Assembly (NCBI GenBank): GCA_965206595.1
Contig: OZ242214.1
Coordinates: forward strand, 2,208,001 to 2,272,000
DNA: 64,000 nucleotides
From: Candidatus Latescibacterota bacterium
GTDB lineage: Bacteria; Latescibacterota; UBA2968; UBA8231
Direction: 5' to 3'
The notes under the pieces: generated by a model
Told to the model about the DNA's origin: nothing
What the model saw: the letters and a program-made list of their open reading frames with translations, nothing else
Database searches by the model: none
Program-made: the position numbers and the translations under genes
Shown: in pieces, positions 21,655-31,745 of the stretch
How the letters are laid out: each line of letters opens with the position of its first letter
How positions within the stretch are numbered: the stretch's first letter is position 1

Positions 21655-21714
21655 GTCGCTTCTCCCATGGGTTATCTACGAATCGTCTCGTATCAACTAC
21701 TCCCCTGATTCTTG

Positions 21715-22566
21715 GACCTATCTCAAAATTGAAATTGTTTAAGTAAAATCAAAATGGATGCAAGTTGGACGAAGCCAAGAAAATTCTCCGGATACAATTC
21801 CCAGCGAGTGATCACTCGACGCTGCCATTGAAGCCAAGCAAAGAATCTCTCAACCATCCAACGCCGCACATATCGCCGCAATCGCCGTCCATCCTGAGTC
21901 TTTTGCTTGCTCCGATTCTGGCGATGCGGGACGATCATCTCGATCCCGTCTTTCTTAAGCTCTTCATCCAACGAATCGCTGTCGTACGCTTTATCGCCGA
22001 TCAAGTTGTCAGGTTGGTCTTCGATCAAGTAAAAGTCAAAGGTCGACTGAACCAGCGTCACTTCATGATGGTTCGCTGCATGCGTGCTCACCGACAAGGG
22101 AAGCCCATTGCCGTCCACGATCCCCATGACCCGCACCCCCTTACCTCGCCTGGTGTGGCCGATATCGGCACCTCCACCCTTGGCCGCCGAGAACATGCCG
22201 TCGATGAAAGCCTCCGATTCGTCCAGGCCCCCTTGCTCGTGAAGGGTCTGGGCCAGGTCCATGAGAACTTCGCGCACCACCCCTTGACGACACCCGTTTT
22301 GAAAACGGCGATGCACGGTTTTGTAGTTCGGATAGCACGGCGGCAACATAGGCCATCGAGCCCCGGTGTTTAGAATCCAAAGAACGGCTGCAAAAACATC
22401 ACGCGTGCAAACCGGTTTGCGACCCGGATGGCTCTTGGGACGATTTTCTTCAGGAAAGTGATGGCGGATTCGTTGCCATTGCATGTCGGTCAGATTGACC
22501 ATACACCAATGGTACATCACTGTCATTTCGGAAACAAGTTTAAGTTTGCCTATTTTGAGATAGGTT
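21715..22566 (-). mobile_element. IS5 family element
   Basis: IRs (g/a)acctatctcaaaat; CTTG flanks both sides. Confidence 0.88.
21723..22502 (-). CDS. IS5 family transposase
   Basis: LTDMQW, TGARW..LP, FIDG, IGDKAYDS and RW.VERFFAW motifs. Confidence 0.9.
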   Translation of the reverse strand: MVNLTDMQWQRIRHHFPEENRPKSHPGRKPVCTRDVFAAVLWILNTGARWPMLPPCYPNYKTVHRRFQNGCRQGVVREVLMDLAQTLHEQGGLDESEAFIDGMFSAAKGGGADIGHTRRGKGVRVMGIVDGNGLPLSVSTHAANHHEVTLVQSTFDFYLIEDQPDNLIGDKAYDSDSLDEELKKDGIEMIVPHRQNRSKQKTQDGRRLRRYVRRWMVERFFAWLQWQRRVITRWELYPENFLGFVQLASILILLKQFQF

Positions 22567-22616
22567 CTTGCAAAAACGCCGACGAGCACCCTAGTCTCGG
22601 CTCCTGCAAGCTAAAA

Positions 22617-23030
22617 GTATAGGTAAAATGAGGCACCTTTTTGGACTCTTCGGTCAAGGCGCTGAGCGCACAGCGAGGATCGTTGCCAGTCCTTCGACCG
22701 AGCTCGCAGTACAGTTTGGTTGCCTGTCCGCCCGTATCCGGATCAATCCGGGGCCTGAGGGACCGTTGAGGGCACACCCAGCCGTACGCCCGGCGCCGGC
22801 CACGGGTCGAGAAGGCAGATCAGGCGGCGAACTCGAACGGCGGCTGCGGCGGGGCCCTGGCAGGGGCCAACGCCGGGGGCCGCGCCGGCAAACCGACCCC
22901 GGTCAAATAGCATCGGATCGAGGCCGGATCGGTCAGGGCGGTGAGGATCCTCAGGCGCCCGCCACAGGCCGCGCATTCGCTGAGGTCGGAGGAAAACACC
23001 CGCGCCAGCCACACGGAGGTCGCCATCGCC
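22617..23030 (-). mobile_element. IS91/ISCR-like 3' fragment D with oriIS-like end
   Basis: LARVFSSDLSECAACGGRLRIL...PPFEFAA stop, then a 3' region ending ATTTTACCTATAC. Confidence 0.8.
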
Positions 23031-23110
23031 GCTTGACCTCACAGATCTTGGTACTCCCGATGCGCAGGCGATGCACGGGATCCCGGAACACGGCGTTCCC
23101 GCAGGGTCAT

Positions 23111-24610
23111 TCAGACCGTGATCCGATCGGCCGTCCACGTGCCGGCATTCGCCAGGATGAAGTCGGGCTCCACGTACTGCTCGCGAAGAAGGTGCTCGTA
23201 TAGTCGGCCTTCGCTCACGCGATCGACCGGCGAGGTGTCGACGATACGGGTTGAAAGCGCTTCATCGAGCGCTTCGACAGTTCCGCTGCCCTCGTCGAAT
23301 TGCGCCTTCTTGCGCCACACAAGGTCCGCGGGCAGCAGGTCCTCGCAGGCCTTGCGCAGGATCCACTTCTCGGTCGTTTCGCTGGTTTGCTCGTCGACCA
23401 CGTTCATCTTCAACGATGCAGGGATCGACTGCGCAAAGTCGATGAGATCGCGATCGAGGAACGGCGTGCGCGCCTCCAGCCCCTGGGCCATGGTGATCCG
23501 GTCCACGCGCTGCAGATTGATGTTGTGCATGGCGCCGAGCGAGCGGGTGATCTCGTCCGCCAGGGCCCGCGGCCTGCGGGCATAGGCGTGGTGGTAGGTG
23601 TAGCCAGCGAAAAGCTCGTCCGCCCCTTCGCCCGTGAGCACCGCCTTGACATGACGGCGCGCCAAGGTGGTCGCGAAATGCGTCGGCATGGCGCTGCGCA
23701 CGAGATCGACGTCGGCGCTCTCGAGATGGTAGATCACGTGCGGCAGGGCTTCAGCGAGGTCGGCGGCGGTGAAGACGAGCTCGTGGTGGTCCGAGTCGAT
23801 ATGCGCGGCTACGGCGCGGGCGGCGGCGAGGTCGGGACTTTGCGCCGTGCCGACCGCGAAGGTCTTGAGCGGACGGTCGATGGCCCGCGCCGCCAGGGCT
23901 GCGATGACTGAGGAATCCAACCCGCCGGACAGGAAGGCACCGACCTCGACGTCGGCCACCATCCACTTGCGCACCGCCGCTTCGAGGACGAGCCGCAGCT
24001 CGCGCCAGATCGGTTCCGGATTCTCACCAGGCGCCAGCACGGCGGCGCCGTGCGGCATGCGGTACCACTCGCGAAAGCCATCGACGCTGTCGAACATGCC
24101 GCCGGGGTCGATGGTTTCGACCTCGTCCAGGCCAAGACCGTCGAACGCCTTCAACTCGGAAGCAAAGGCGAGGCCGTGGTCGATGCGCGCCATGAAGAGC
24201 GGCTTGATGCCGAGCGGGTCGCGCGCCGCAATGATCCGCTCCGGCGTGACCAGAACGAAGGCAAACATCCCGTCCAGCTTCGCGATCCACCGCAGTTCGT
24301 CGGACTGGAACAGATGCAGAATGGTCTCGCTGTCGCTTGACGTATGGAAGACGCTCTCGCCAAGGATCGCCCGCAAATCCGCGTGGTTGTAGATCTCTCC
24401 GTTGGCGACGAGCACGTTCTCGGCACTGTGGATTGGCTGGGCGCCGTCTTCGGGACCGATTATCGACAGCCGACAGTGGGCCATGACGGCCGGCACGTTC
24501 GGCGCATCGATCACACGCAGGTCGTCGGGCCCGCGGTGGGCGAGCTTCTCGATCATCCGACGCGCGAGCGAAGGATCATCGAGATTCCAAAGGCAGACAA
24601 AGCCACACAT
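23111..24610 (-). CDS. Asparagine synthetase B-like amidotransferase (glutamine-hydrolysing)
   Basis: MCG N-terminal Ntn cysteine, HRGPD, NGEIYN, RDPLGIKPL, LSGGLDSS and TGEGADELF motifs. Confidence 0.92.
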   Translation of the reverse strand: MCGFVCLWNLDDPSLARRMIEKLAHRGPDDLRVIDAPNVPAVMAHCRLSIIGPEDGAQPIHSAENVLVANGEIYNHADLRAILGESVFHTSSDSETILHLFQSDELRWIAKLDGMFAFVLVTPERIIAARDPLGIKPLFMARIDHGLAFASELKAFDGLGLDEVETIDPGGMFDSVDGFREWYRMPHGAAVLAPGENPEPIWRELRLVLEAAVRKWMVADVEVGAFLSGGLDSSVIAALAARAIDRPLKTFAVGTAQSPDLAAARAVAAHIDSDHHELVFTAADLAEALPHVIYHLESADVDLVRSAMPTHFATTLARRHVKAVLTGEGADELFAGYTYHHAYARRPRALADEITRSLGAMHNINLQRVDRITMAQGLEARTPFLDRDLIDFAQSIPASLKMNVVDEQTSETTEKWILRKACEDLLPADLVWRKKAQFDEGSGTVEALDEALSTRIVDTSPVDRVSEGRLYEHLLREQYVEPDFILANAGTWTADRITV

Positions 24611-24789
24611 TTCATTCCTCATCGGTTGCGTCGGAGTGCCTCGTCTCCGCCGACGGCGCACTTGTCCCCCGTGGACGGCATCGGGCGTAGCCGCACCCTG
24701 GATGGGGCCGGCATCCGACAGGGCGGGCTCGGGATTCACAGGTTCGGCGGCATCCGCCGCTCGGGATCGGTATCCGACGTCTGCCGGTG

Positions 24790-25659
24790 TCACCCTGCCA
24801 GCAGCGTGTCCAAGGAGACTTGCCGGGTATCGCCGGCTGGCCGCGACACGAAAAACTCCGCGTGTAGATGCCCCTCGGCTTCCTTGCCGGCTGGATCGAT
24901 GCCCCGCTCGCGAAGCCGCTGCAGCACCTGCTCGCGTTCGCGATCGCTGACGAAACGCCGCTGCTTGAATGTCTTGTCCTCCAGCTTCTCGGTGACATAT
25001 CCCCAATCGGACAGCGTTGCCTCAATGGGTTCGAACTCCCAGAGCCGAAGCACGAAGTTGGCCATCCAGGGCAGATCGCCCCTGGTCACGGTCGGCAGCA
25101 ACCGCTCGAAGGTCTTTTCCGTGACGTAGCCGATGCAGCCCGTCGAGGTCATCAGATCGATGTCAGCCAGCTCCGGCATTGCCGAATCGAGGAGCGGGCC
25201 AGCCTCCAGATTCGCGACCACTCCCTCGTCAATCAACCCGGTCTCCTCGGCAAAAGCGACCGCGCGTTCCGCCCGATCGAGGCCGATGACTTCGAAGCCG
25301 TGCGATTCTTCCCGATCGGCGAAGAATTGTCGGTCATGCTCCATGACCTCCTCCGGGCTCGCATCCTGCAGCCGGTCCTGGCCCCAGTGATCGTAGAGCT
25401 GGGGCATCGTCATGTCGTGCTTGAGAAGGGCTCCGTTCACGCCATACGAGCAGCCGAGATCCAGCACGCGTATGGACTTCTCACGCAAACGCTGCAGACG
25501 GGAAATCAGTTTGAGGAATAGGGGCTTGCTGGCGCTGGGGGTCGCGTAGTCGAGCTTGCGCAGCTCGGAATAGTAGGCCCTGGGGTCCGGCTGATTGTAG
25601 ATGTGGTCCAAGTTGGCTTTGGCACCATGGTGCTTATTTTCAGAATCGTCTACCGGCAT
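24790..25659 (-). CDS. Class I SAM-dependent methyltransferase-like protein
   Basis: VLDLGCSYG motif I, VIGLD, STGCIGY; AGGAG RBS. Confidence 0.75.
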   Translation of the reverse strand: MPVDDSENKHHGAKANLDHIYNQPDPRAYYSELRKLDYATPSASKPLFLKLISRLQRLREKSIRVLDLGCSYGVNGALLKHDMTMPQLYDHWGQDRLQDASPEEVMEHDRQFFADREESHGFEVIGLDRAERAVAFAEETGLIDEGVVANLEAGPLLDSAMPELADIDLMTSTGCIGYVTEKTFERLLPTVTRGDLPWMANFVLRLWEFEPIEATLSDWGYVTEKLEDKTFKQRRFVSDREREQVLQRLRERGIDPAGKEAEGHLHAEFFVSRPAGDTRQVSLDTLLAG

Positions 25660-25891
25660 CGTTTTCTCCTTTGCTGGTGGTCGGAGCGGGTGCAGACAGC
25701 CGGTGCCCGAGGAGGGACGCCTTCAGGACTAGCGGCATATCTGACCCACTATACCGATGCACCGTAACACACGGCCTCGACCGGATATCGGGAATCTTCG
25801 CAGTCGTCCCCGGTACCGGAAGGGCACCTGGAAGCGGCTCGGCATCCATTCTCTGATCGTTTCCGTCAGAAGACCGTGACGAGAGTATAGA

Positions 25892-26475
25892 GTATAGGTA
25901 AAATGAGGCACCTTTTTTGGACTCTCGGGTCAAGGCGCTGAGCGCACCGCTAGGGTCAGGCAGCTCCCTGAGGATCGTTTGCCAGTCCTTCGGCCGAGCT
26001 CGCAGTACAGTTTGGTTGCCTGTAGGCCCGTATCCGGGCGACGGCGACGGGTCGAGAAGGCAGGTCAGGCGGCGAACTCGAACAGCGGCTCAGGCGGGGC
26101 CCTCTGCGGGGGCATCGCCGGCAGCCCTACCCCCTCCAGATAGGTCCGGATCGAGGCCGGACCGGTCAGGGCGGCGAGGATTCTCAGGCGACCGCCACAG
26201 GCCGCGCATTCGCTGAGGTCGGAGGAAAACACCCGCGCCAGCAGGGTCGCCCAGCGCAGTCGATGGCCGCAGGACGCAGCGCTCGCCGAGCCGTCCGCCG
26301 CCGCCGGCTCGGCAACCGGCAGGGCCGGCACGATGCGGTCGCGGGCCCGGGCCCGGGGCGCCAGGACCCCGTGGTAGCGCAGGAGATGAAACCGGGGCGG
26401 GGGGACCAGAGCCGCCCGCTTCTCCAGCAGGTCCATCGGAGACAGCAGGAGATGGCGGGTCCCATCCGAGCCTGA
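25892..26475 (-). mobile_element. IS91/ISCR-like 3' fragment E (longest) with oriIS-like end
   Basis: SDGTRHLLLSPMDLLEK.AALVPPPRFHLLRYHGVLAP...FEFAA stop; ends ATTTTACCTATAC. Confidence 0.82.
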
Positions 26476-26842
26476 CCACCAGTTCGGCCAGCCGATCATA
26501 GTCGAGGTCGAACAGAGCAAAGAAGCGTTGGATGCGACGATAGTTTGATTTTCTATCGGCGTTTCCATTCAAGCCGTTGGCGATGCGAACCAGGTTTACC
26601 TTGGTCACCTGGATTAAGGCTAACACCCAGGCGGCGAGGAACTTGACCCGGGCTTTGTGCCATGGCAGGTGCCATTGCATCGCCGTGTATAAATCTGTAG
26701 TTTGAGGTGATATAGACCTGCTCTTGGTGATCGGGGAAACATGGACTTCGGCACGCCAAACTTAATCTCTTGTCAATTCAGGGGGGGGGTCTTTCTCGTT
26801 TTGTCGCGTAGCATGGGCAAAGACTGAAATTGTCGCGAGCTG
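26476..26842 (-). pseudogene. IS4 family transposase 5' fragment with possible left end
   Basis: WHKARVKFLAA..LAL...VNL..IA...SNYRRIQRFF; truncated by the ISCR-like fragment. Confidence 0.7.
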
Positions 26843-26851
26843 CGCTATCAA

Positions 26852-28711
26852 CCCTTGTTATTCATGGAATTTTAGTGGAGAGGGCTGTACTGGGTGCCTC
26901 CCATGCTTAGATTTCAGAGGGAAACACAAGGCAGTATCGCCCTTTGAACCCATCACACAGTAGGACACCCAATGGGTGAATTACCGTCACACACCGAGTC
27001 CGAGCAAGCCGGGCCGATTCAGCCGTCTTTCAACCGCTCCATCCACATCGAAGCCCGCCCCACCCACCTTGGCAGCGACACCGGTGCGCTGATGTTGCGT
27101 CAACTGCTCGAACACAGCCGGGTTCTGGATTGGGTCGACGCCCACTTCGAGGATCTCCGTACCCAAGACCAGATCACGCACCCGCTGCCGGAGCTGCTGC
27201 GCACACAGATCGTGCTGCTGGCACAGGGCTGGACCCACGCCGCCGACGCCGACGCGTTGCGCCAAGATCCGATCCTGCGTCTGGCGGTCAGCGATCGCAA
27301 AGGGCAGGCGCCGTTGCGCAGCGGCGACGAAGACCGGCCGCAGGGACTGGCCAGTCAGCCGACGCTGTCGCGCCTGCTCGAGCAAGCCTCGACTGCCTAT
27401 AACCGCGAGGTGTTGGAGGAAGCCGTCCTGCGCAGCGCCCGGTCTCGTTGCCGGCTGCTGGAAGGACGGATGAAATACGAGGAGTTGGCCGTCGACATGG
27501 ATGCCCTGCCGATGCCGGCGCACGGGCACCAGGCGGGGGTCGAATACAACGGCTACTTCCACGCCTCGGGGTACCATCCCCTGCTCCTCGGCTCGGCGCA
27601 GACGGGCGATTTCTTCGGTGCCGTGCTGCGGCCGGGCAACGTGCACGCCCATGAGGGCGCCTCAGAGGCTCTCGGCAAGCGCTTGGACTGGATTCAGTCG
27701 CATCTGGCCCGGCGCCTCATCCTGCGCTTCGACGCGGCCTCGGTGAGCGGGTCTTTCCTGAGTGAGCTGGAAGCGCGGGCCGACACCTCGTACGTGGCGC
27801 GCATCAAGAAGAATGCGCGCCTGGAGGAGCTGGCTCGTGCCTGGGTGGAAGGCTATCAGCAGGAGCTGGCGCAGCACCCGGAAGAGCTGCGGGAAGAGGG
27901 TTTTCGCTGTCGCGAGCTGCGCTATCAAGCCAGGTCCTGGGCGCAGCCCCGGCGGGTGGTGTTGGTCCTGGTCCCTTCCGAGACGGAAGAGCTGCCCATC
28001 GCCCGCCACTTCTTCCTGATCACCGACCAGAGTCCCCAGACGATGAGCGGCCGCGACCTGGTCGCCTTTTATCGTCAGCGCGGCCTTTTCGAGCGCATGC
28101 TCGGCGAGTTGAGCTCCACCCTCCAGCCTCAGCTCTCCTCTACCACCCGTCGCAAGCAACACTACCGGGGTCGAGAGCCGCGTCAGCGCACCCCGTCCCG
28201 GGATGCCTTCGCTGCCAACCAGGCGCTTCTGACCTTGAACCTGCTGGCCTACAACCTGCTTCACCTGGGCCGCCAGGCCGCCGAACGCGCCGAGGCCCGA
28301 CGCGGGCGGCCCCGCACATACGGACGCTCGACGACGGCCCTGAGCCTGGACAGTTTTCGACGGCGCTACCTGCGCCTGCCGTCCCGCGTCACCTTGCATG
28401 GGCGCAGGGTGGGCGTCATCCTGACCCAAGGGACGGCGGCTGCCTGGGATCGTCTGTGGAGATTTCTGGCCACGCTCAAACCGGTGGACGCGGCGATGGC
28501 GTAAGCGCAGGCCGGGTCGGTCGGGATGATGGGCTCGCAAAGGCAAGCGTCTTCGAGAAGGCGCGTACAATTTCAACAAGGTCGGTAGAGATAAGGAGAC
28601 GGCTCTACCCAAAAAGCCGACTATAGAAGGGACGCAAGCCTCTGAGGCTAAGCAAAGGGGTCTCGGAAGCGCCTATGTCCGCTTATGCGCGGGTTGAATG
28701 AATAACAAAGG
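26852..28711 (+). mobile_element. IS1380 family element
   Basis: IRs CC(C/T)TTGTTATTCAT at both ends; no clear target duplication. Confidence 0.8.
26972..28504 (+). CDS. IS1380 family transposase
   Basis: SDTGALML, LASQPTLSRL, VDMD, HGHQ.G..YNGYF...YHPL, LRPGN and FYRQRG..E motifs. Confidence 0.9.
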   Translation: MGELPSHTESEQAGPIQPSFNRSIHIEARPTHLGSDTGALMLRQLLEHSRVLDWVDAHFEDLRTQDQITHPLPELLRTQIVLLAQGWTHAADADALRQDPILRLAVSDRKGQAPLRSGDEDRPQGLASQPTLSRLLEQASTAYNREVLEEAVLRSARSRCRLLEGRMKYEELAVDMDALPMPAHGHQAGVEYNGYFHASGYHPLLLGSAQTGDFFGAVLRPGNVHAHEGASEALGKRLDWIQSHLARRLILRFDAASVSGSFLSELEARADTSYVARIKKNARLEELARAWVEGYQQELAQHPEELREEGFRCRELRYQARSWAQPRRVVLVLVPSETEELPIARHFFLITDQSPQTMSGRDLVAFYRQRGLFERMLGELSSTLQPQLSSTTRRKQHYRGREPRQRTPSRDAFAANQALLTLNLLAYNLLHLGRQAAERAEARRGRPRTYGRSTTALSLDSFRRRYLRLPSRVTLHGRRVGVILTQGTAAAWDRLWRFLATLKPVDAAMA

Positions 28712-28853
28712 TTGACAACAACCTCCGGTAGTCGTCGATCATTCCTTCCTTCCCCCCTGGCGGTTCCCCGATTCAAGGCACGCACTTCGGAGTTGGCAGG
28801 GTACGGTAAACTGATCGAGTGCTTCCCGCTGCTACCCCGCGAACCTGCCAAGG

Positions 28854-30974
28854 CTATTTCCGAAAGCCAATCTTTGGTCGGTGGTCCGGTTTGGCCCTGG
28901 ACTCGGCTTCCAGCAATTGTGCGAGTACCTTCGGGTCCTGCAGATGGCCGAGAATCTCCGCTTTTCGTCGAACCACTGCGAAATCCCCCGGGGTGAGGTT
29001 GGTCAGGGTTTCGACTTCAGCCGGAGCCTCGGACTCGAAGTAGTTACGAAACCCCGCCATGGACTGACTTGGGGTGAGATAGTCCAGGGCGATCTTGAAA
29101 GTGAATCGCCGCAGGGTTGCCGGGTCTAGGGTTTCCCCGAAGTTGGTTGTACACGCAAACGGCAGGGGATGGCTCTCCATCCAGGTCAGCATTTCGTTGA
29201 CCTGGCTGACCTCCCAGGAGCGCACGGCGCCGCGGCGGTCGGCGAGCAGGGAGTCGGCCTCGTCGAAGACGAGGATGGAGCCTTCGGCGCGCGCCTCTGC
29301 GAAGATGTCGGCGATATGCCGTTCGGTTTCTCCGACCCACATCGACATCAGGTCGGAAGCCCGCTTCTGGGTGACTTGGAGGCCGAGCCGCTCGGCAAGG
29401 TAGCGGACGAAGGCGCTCTTTCCTGATCCGGGCGGACCTTGCAGGCAGAGGGAGAATTGCTTTCCCCCGGTTTTTTCCAGGCGTTCGGCAAACCCGACAG
29501 GGTCGACATCGGCCCGGATCAGGGCGAGGTCGAACCTCTCTGGCGCCCCCTGATTTATGGCCGGCTTCTCTCCAGAAATCACCCGGGAAAGGCTTTGCAC
29601 GCCAAGGCGTACTGCAGTGAGGTCTCCACCGCAGAGGCTCGCCGCAGCAATGGCCCCGGAAGCAACGCCAGGTGCAACTTCGAACTCCTTTGCAAGAGAT
29701 TGACCATCCTCCTCGGTCGCTTCGATGCCGTGGCGCTCCAGCTCCCGGCTCCATATTCGCGCCCGGGTCCAGCGCGTGGGTCGCCGCAGCTCCAGGGCGA
29801 AAGTCATGCGCCGTAGAACCGTGGGACAGGTCTCCCTGGCCGAGTTCGTTGTCCAGAGCGTCGGCACCGGGGCGCGTTCGAGCAGCCTGTTCAGGTACAC
29901 CTTGGAGCCGCCCGACCGAAGCGGGGAAAAGCCGTGGGAGGAGAAGGGAATCCAACCATAACCCGGATTCGAGAGCAGGTCCTCCATCTCGTCGAAAAGC
30001 AGGATCGACCCACGGCCAGGTGCCAGCAAGTTCTGGGCGACCTGAAGCTCCTGGAGCCGTTCCCGCCGGCTTGGTTCCTCGCCCTCCCCGTCCGCTTCGC
30101 CCACACTGTAGAGGTTCGCCTGAACCCGGGCGGCAAGGGTTTTGCAGAACTCTGTCTTTCCGGTACCCGGCGGTCCGTACACCAGAACGTTAACCCCCTC
30201 GGCGCGGGAATTCAGGGCTCCCTTCAGCACCTTTTGGATGTGGTCCCGCTGCTCCGCGACATGGTCGAAGTCTTCCCACGCCAGCTCCTCCGGGGTTGCC
30301 CTATTGAGCAGCAGGTGGCGCACGTCGAGCCCGGCATCCGTGACGGTGACCAGCCGGTACAGCCGCTTGACGATTTCGATGTCTCCGTCGTCGTCTACCG
30401 ACACTAATCCGGACCTTACCAGAGGAGCATCGGGCGCCAATCGGGCGCGGAGAAAGCCAACCGATACGCCAAGGACCCGGGACAAAAAGGGAGTCGTAAC
30501 GTTGAAAAATCTTCTTCGGAGATGGCCTGAGCAGGATTCGTAAACAGACTCGACTAAATTTTCTATGACCGCCTGCGTACGACTTCGGATCCAAATCTCC
30601 AGAATCGCGACATCCTCGGGCTCGAAGTCCATCTCCCGGCCGAGCTGTCGAAGCCGCCTAGCCGCGAGGTCTTCCTGAACACCCTCGCCGGAAGACATCT
30701 TCGAATACAGGGTCTCAAGGGTCTTCAAAAGACGGTGCCAATCCTTCCTGGGGAGCTCTTTCTCGAGGTACTTCCCTGCCCGGATCTTGTACAGTTCCAG
30801 CTCTAACTCTTCATTATTCTCGCATTCCAGCCCCAGCAACTCGAGGTTTTCCATAACCCACTGAGTCAGGTTCCTTGCTTCCGGACTGGCGCGATGAATA
30901 CGTGAGGCAAGATTGCGAAGATAGAAAAGGAGACGCTTTTTTTCGTAGGCGTTGGGAGGTTCGTATACGAGCAT
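28854..30974 (-). CDS. Double-domain AAA+ ATPase
   Basis: Two P-loops (GPPGTGKT, GPPGSGKS), each with Walker B (LLFDE, LVFDE) and TTN sensor; ends in IGF. Confidence 0.92.
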   Translation of the reverse strand: MLVYEPPNAYEKKRLLFYLRNLASRIHRASPEARNLTQWVMENLELLGLECENNEELELELYKIRAGKYLEKELPRKDWHRLLKTLETLYSKMSSGEGVQEDLAARRLRQLGREMDFEPEDVAILEIWIRSRTQAVIENLVESVYESCSGHLRRRFFNVTTPFLSRVLGVSVGFLRARLAPDAPLVRSGLVSVDDDGDIEIVKRLYRLVTVTDAGLDVRHLLLNRATPEELAWEDFDHVAEQRDHIQKVLKGALNSRAEGVNVLVYGPPGTGKTEFCKTLAARVQANLYSVGEADGEGEEPSRRERLQELQVAQNLLAPGRGSILLFDEMEDLLSNPGYGWIPFSSHGFSPLRSGGSKVYLNRLLERAPVPTLWTTNSARETCPTVLRRMTFALELRRPTRWTRARIWSRELERHGIEATEEDGQSLAKEFEVAPGVASGAIAAASLCGGDLTAVRLGVQSLSRVISGEKPAINQGAPERFDLALIRADVDPVGFAERLEKTGGKQFSLCLQGPPGSGKSAFVRYLAERLGLQVTQKRASDLMSMWVGETERHIADIFAEARAEGSILVFDEADSLLADRRGAVRSWEVSQVNEMLTWMESHPLPFACTTNFGETLDPATLRRFTFKIALDYLTPSQSMAGFRNYFESEAPAEVETLTNLTPGDFAVVRRKAEILGHLQDPKVLAQLLEAESRAKPDHRPKIGFRK

Positions 30975-31027
30975 GATTTCTCCGGATTTTGCGTGTTGGG
31001 GTTACCCCACGAAACCCTCACCTGAGG

Positions 31028-31432
31028 TTACGGTTGGTAGGGTTTTTCGTCGATAGTGAAGGAGGCTTCGGGCAGGTGAACAGCCAGGCGTTGGTGTAGT
31101 TCTTCTATCACTTTTCTTGTGAGACCGAACCCCACCGGGTTGCCCAAGGTAGAGGTGATTTCGACCGCTATGCCGGCGGGCACATCTCTTACGAACAGCG
31201 TAATGTTCAGGTTCACATCGTGGGATGCGGTAGCCTTTTTGGCCGCGATCAGGCCGGTGTTTTTGTCGGTGTTGATTACTTCGAGATCCGTTTCAACGAC
31301 CGCTTGCAGAACCCGGTCGAAGACGGTGTCGGAAGCTCCGCCGGCGATGAGGGCTTGTCCCTTCGTGGTAACCGACGTGCAACCGTAGAGTAGAATGGGC
31401 AGCAGAATGATGATGTAGTTGATTTTTTTCAC
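31028..31432 (-). CDS. Lipoprotein of unknown function
   Basis: MKK, hydrophobic stretch and lipobox LYGC; GGAGG RBS before GTG. Confidence 0.85.
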   Translation of the reverse strand: MKKINYIIILLPILLYGCTSVTTKGQALIAGGASDTVFDRVLQAVVETDLEVINTDKNTGLIAAKKATASHDVNLNITLFVRDVPAGIAVEITSTLGNPVGFGLTRKVIEELHQRLAVHLPEASFTIDEKPYQP

Positions 31433-31511
31433 GAGGCCTCCTGTGGTTTGTGATATGCCGGACGGTCCTGTCCTGCGAGCCTCCGCTATCGGAGACGGAT
31501 ACGCATTGATA

Positions 31512-31545
31512 AACCTACCACGGGGGTGCGACAGATCATGTCGCG
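31512..31545 (-). promoter_or_regulatory. WYL-box promoter 1 (CGAC-N7-GTCG palindrome plus TAGGTT -10)
   Basis: aacctaccacgggggTGCGACAGATCATGTCGCg; 80 nt upstream of the lipoprotein start. Confidence 0.75.
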
Positions 31546-31745
31546 GGACTGAACTTTTTTGAGCAGCCTTCTAAGCCGAAACGGCGGGGGGAAGGAGGAT
31601 GCCCGTCGTCGAGGCTACGGCGCTGAGGGCTTTACTGGTGGGGGGGTTGCCCGGGGGCTGGGTTCCTTGCCCACGGGCAACGTGAGCAAGCCCTTGAGCA
31701 TAATGAGAAAGCAATGTCTCCCGTTCTCTTTGAACCCCCGGGCCC

